64,000 nucleotides of DNA from the human T2T-CHM13v2.0 reference genome, Homo sapiens: NCBI RefSeq assembly GCF_009914755.1, contig NC_060936.1; one strand, 5' to 3'. A program made the translations under genes and the position numbers. This document shows positions 62,261 through 64,000 of the stretch, in pieces. The notes under the pieces are model-generated. The model saw only the letters and a list, made by a program, of their open reading frames with translations, was not told the DNA's origin and searched no databases. The stretch's first letter is position 1; the number at the start of each line of letters is the position of its first letter.

Positions 62261-62553
62261 GATATATGCTTTGTTGAGTAGGAGCAAAGAAGTAGAGCAA
62301 CAACATGGTCACTGGAATTGACCATAAAGTATGTCCAGCATATTAACATTAACCATTATGCTTTTGTGTAGAGGTGGAAAGAGAGAACATCTACTCTGAG
62401 ATATCAAATATGTGGATTAATTTAGCTGATTTTACATATTATTTCTGTTTCCACATTTTTTTCAGACTGAACTAGACATATCTTTATCTTTTATTTAAAC
62501 ATTTGCAATGATTGCATATATTAGCAGTTTATCAAAAGTCCTACTGCATCACT

Positions 62554-62729
62554 ATTTTTTTTTATTTTTTTAGAGAGGGGTGTCACTGTGTTGTCCAGGC
62601 TGGAGCACAGTGGCTATTCACAGATGTGATCGTAGCATACTACAGTCTTGAACACCTGGGCTCAAAGCAGTCCTTCCACCTCTGTGTCCTGAGTAGCTTG
62701 GACTATAGGTGTATACCACCGGAACTAGC
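62554..62729 (-). mobile_element. FAM (fossil Alu monomer)
   Basis: Monomeric antisense Alu-like element retaining the 7SL segment gtggctattcacag-tgtgatc, with a T tract. Confidence 0.8.
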
Positions 62730-63605
62730 TTGCAGCACATTTTTATCAAAGAATAGCATGGCTGGTGTGTGTGCTGAAGTTTGATTTAATTTTTAAGATT
62801 TTTATTTGTGATTTCACATTTTAAACTTTATATTTAAATATCTTGATAATTTCCTTGTCATTCACCATTTTATGGGTGTAAATCTTAATAACTAAAATCT
62901 ATATGCTGTTTTATATTATGATTTTTATCTTAAAGTCTTTCTCTAGAAAATATCGCTGGGTTCAGTGGTCCTTCTGTGCTCCAAGTTCACTCTTCCCACA
63001 TCTATATTAAATGGCATCAATATATCACAATAACCCATTACATTGTATGTTATTTAAAAACACAAACTGTGTCTAATTATCATTGAATGCCCAATATCTA
63101 ACACTGCTGGACATATTTTGGTGCTAAATATGTTTGCCACACAGAGTTTAACTATTTACTAAGTTTATAGTGACTCATTTTGTCTTCAAAATTATCCTGT
63201 GAGAAATGCTTTACCATTGTTCTAATTTCTCAGTGAAGAAACAGACTATGAGAAACTCAGAGAGTGATTATTCAACTAAAATTTAGTCCTTCGGTTTCCC
63301 ATCCCATATAAGCATTGCTGTTACCCACATCATCATACATTGCATCCTCCAATTATAAGTCCCTGTTTGGCTATTTAATCAATTGTATGATTCAATAAAT
63401 CATACTACCATTTTTATCATCCTTGTGTCTGTTTTTTAAAGTTTAGCCACTTTGTCCTATTTCACCAAAAAAAAAAAAAAATCTTCTTTTCTCAAATTTG
63501 CTTTGCTTCAGCCATAAACTAAACATTTATAACATCTCATAAGCTTATACAACCTGATGAAAATAGAAAAAAATAGAACTTTTATTTTCTTGCTGTATTT
63601 GCTAT

Positions 63606-64000
63606 TGTATGAGTCTGTTCTTGCATTGCTATAAAGAAATACCTGAGCCTAGGTAATTTATAAAGAAAAGAGGCTTAATTGACTCAGTTCTGCAAGCTGT
63701 ACAGGAATATGTGCCTACTTCCCCATTACCTTCCGCCATGATTGTAAGTTTCCTGGTGAGGCCTCAGGAAATGTACAATCATGGCAGAAGGTGAAGGGAA
63801 AGTAGGCACATCTTACATGGCCAGAGAAGGAGGAAAGAGAGAGAAGGTGGGAGGTGCCACACACTTGTAAACCATCAGATCTCTGAGAACTCACTCACTA
63901 GCAGAAGAACACAAGGGGGGAAATCCACCCCCATGATCCAATCATCCCCTACCCAACCGCTACTCCAACAATGGGGATCACAATTTGGACATGAGATTTG
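63606..64000 (-). mobile_element. MSTA-like MaLR LTR (runs off window end) with internal fold-back rearrangement
   Basis: tgtatgagtctgttcttgcattgctataaagaaatacctgag...catgagatttg. Confidence 0.87.

Noticed and set aside
62554-62729. 7SL RNA gene
   Set aside because: Only ~175 bp, lacks most of the S domain and is heavily diverged. It fits a FAM fossil.

Overview
This is primate (most likely human or great-ape) AT-rich euchromatic DNA made mostly of interspersed repeats. I found no host protein-coding exon, RNA gene or CpG island that I can support. It holds four + strand LINE-1s: a full-length L1PA2-like copy (44127-50178), a decayed full-length L1PA7-like copy, a 5'-truncated L1PA4-like copy and a 5'-truncated L1PB3-like copy. 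The L1PA2-like copy has an intact ORF1, an intact antisense ORF0 and an ORF2 frame broken by one CGA>TGA stop. There are also two complete THE1 (MaLR) proviruses, solo LTRs (THE1C, MSTA, MLT2, MER34, MER31, LTR33), six Alus plus a FAM monomer, and old L2, MIR, L1M and DNA-transposon fossils, often nested with visible target-site duplications (TSDs). I found no convincing new biological system. The best leads are the one-stop L1PA2 and a nearby copy that could repair it, several fold-back or templated-insertion scars (including a 47-bp hairpin in an MSTA LTR), a twin-primed mini-L1, and a small CpG-retaining motif cluster near 53.8-54.0 kb. Subfamily names come from my recall of consensus diagnostics and need RepeatMasker/Dfam confirmation.
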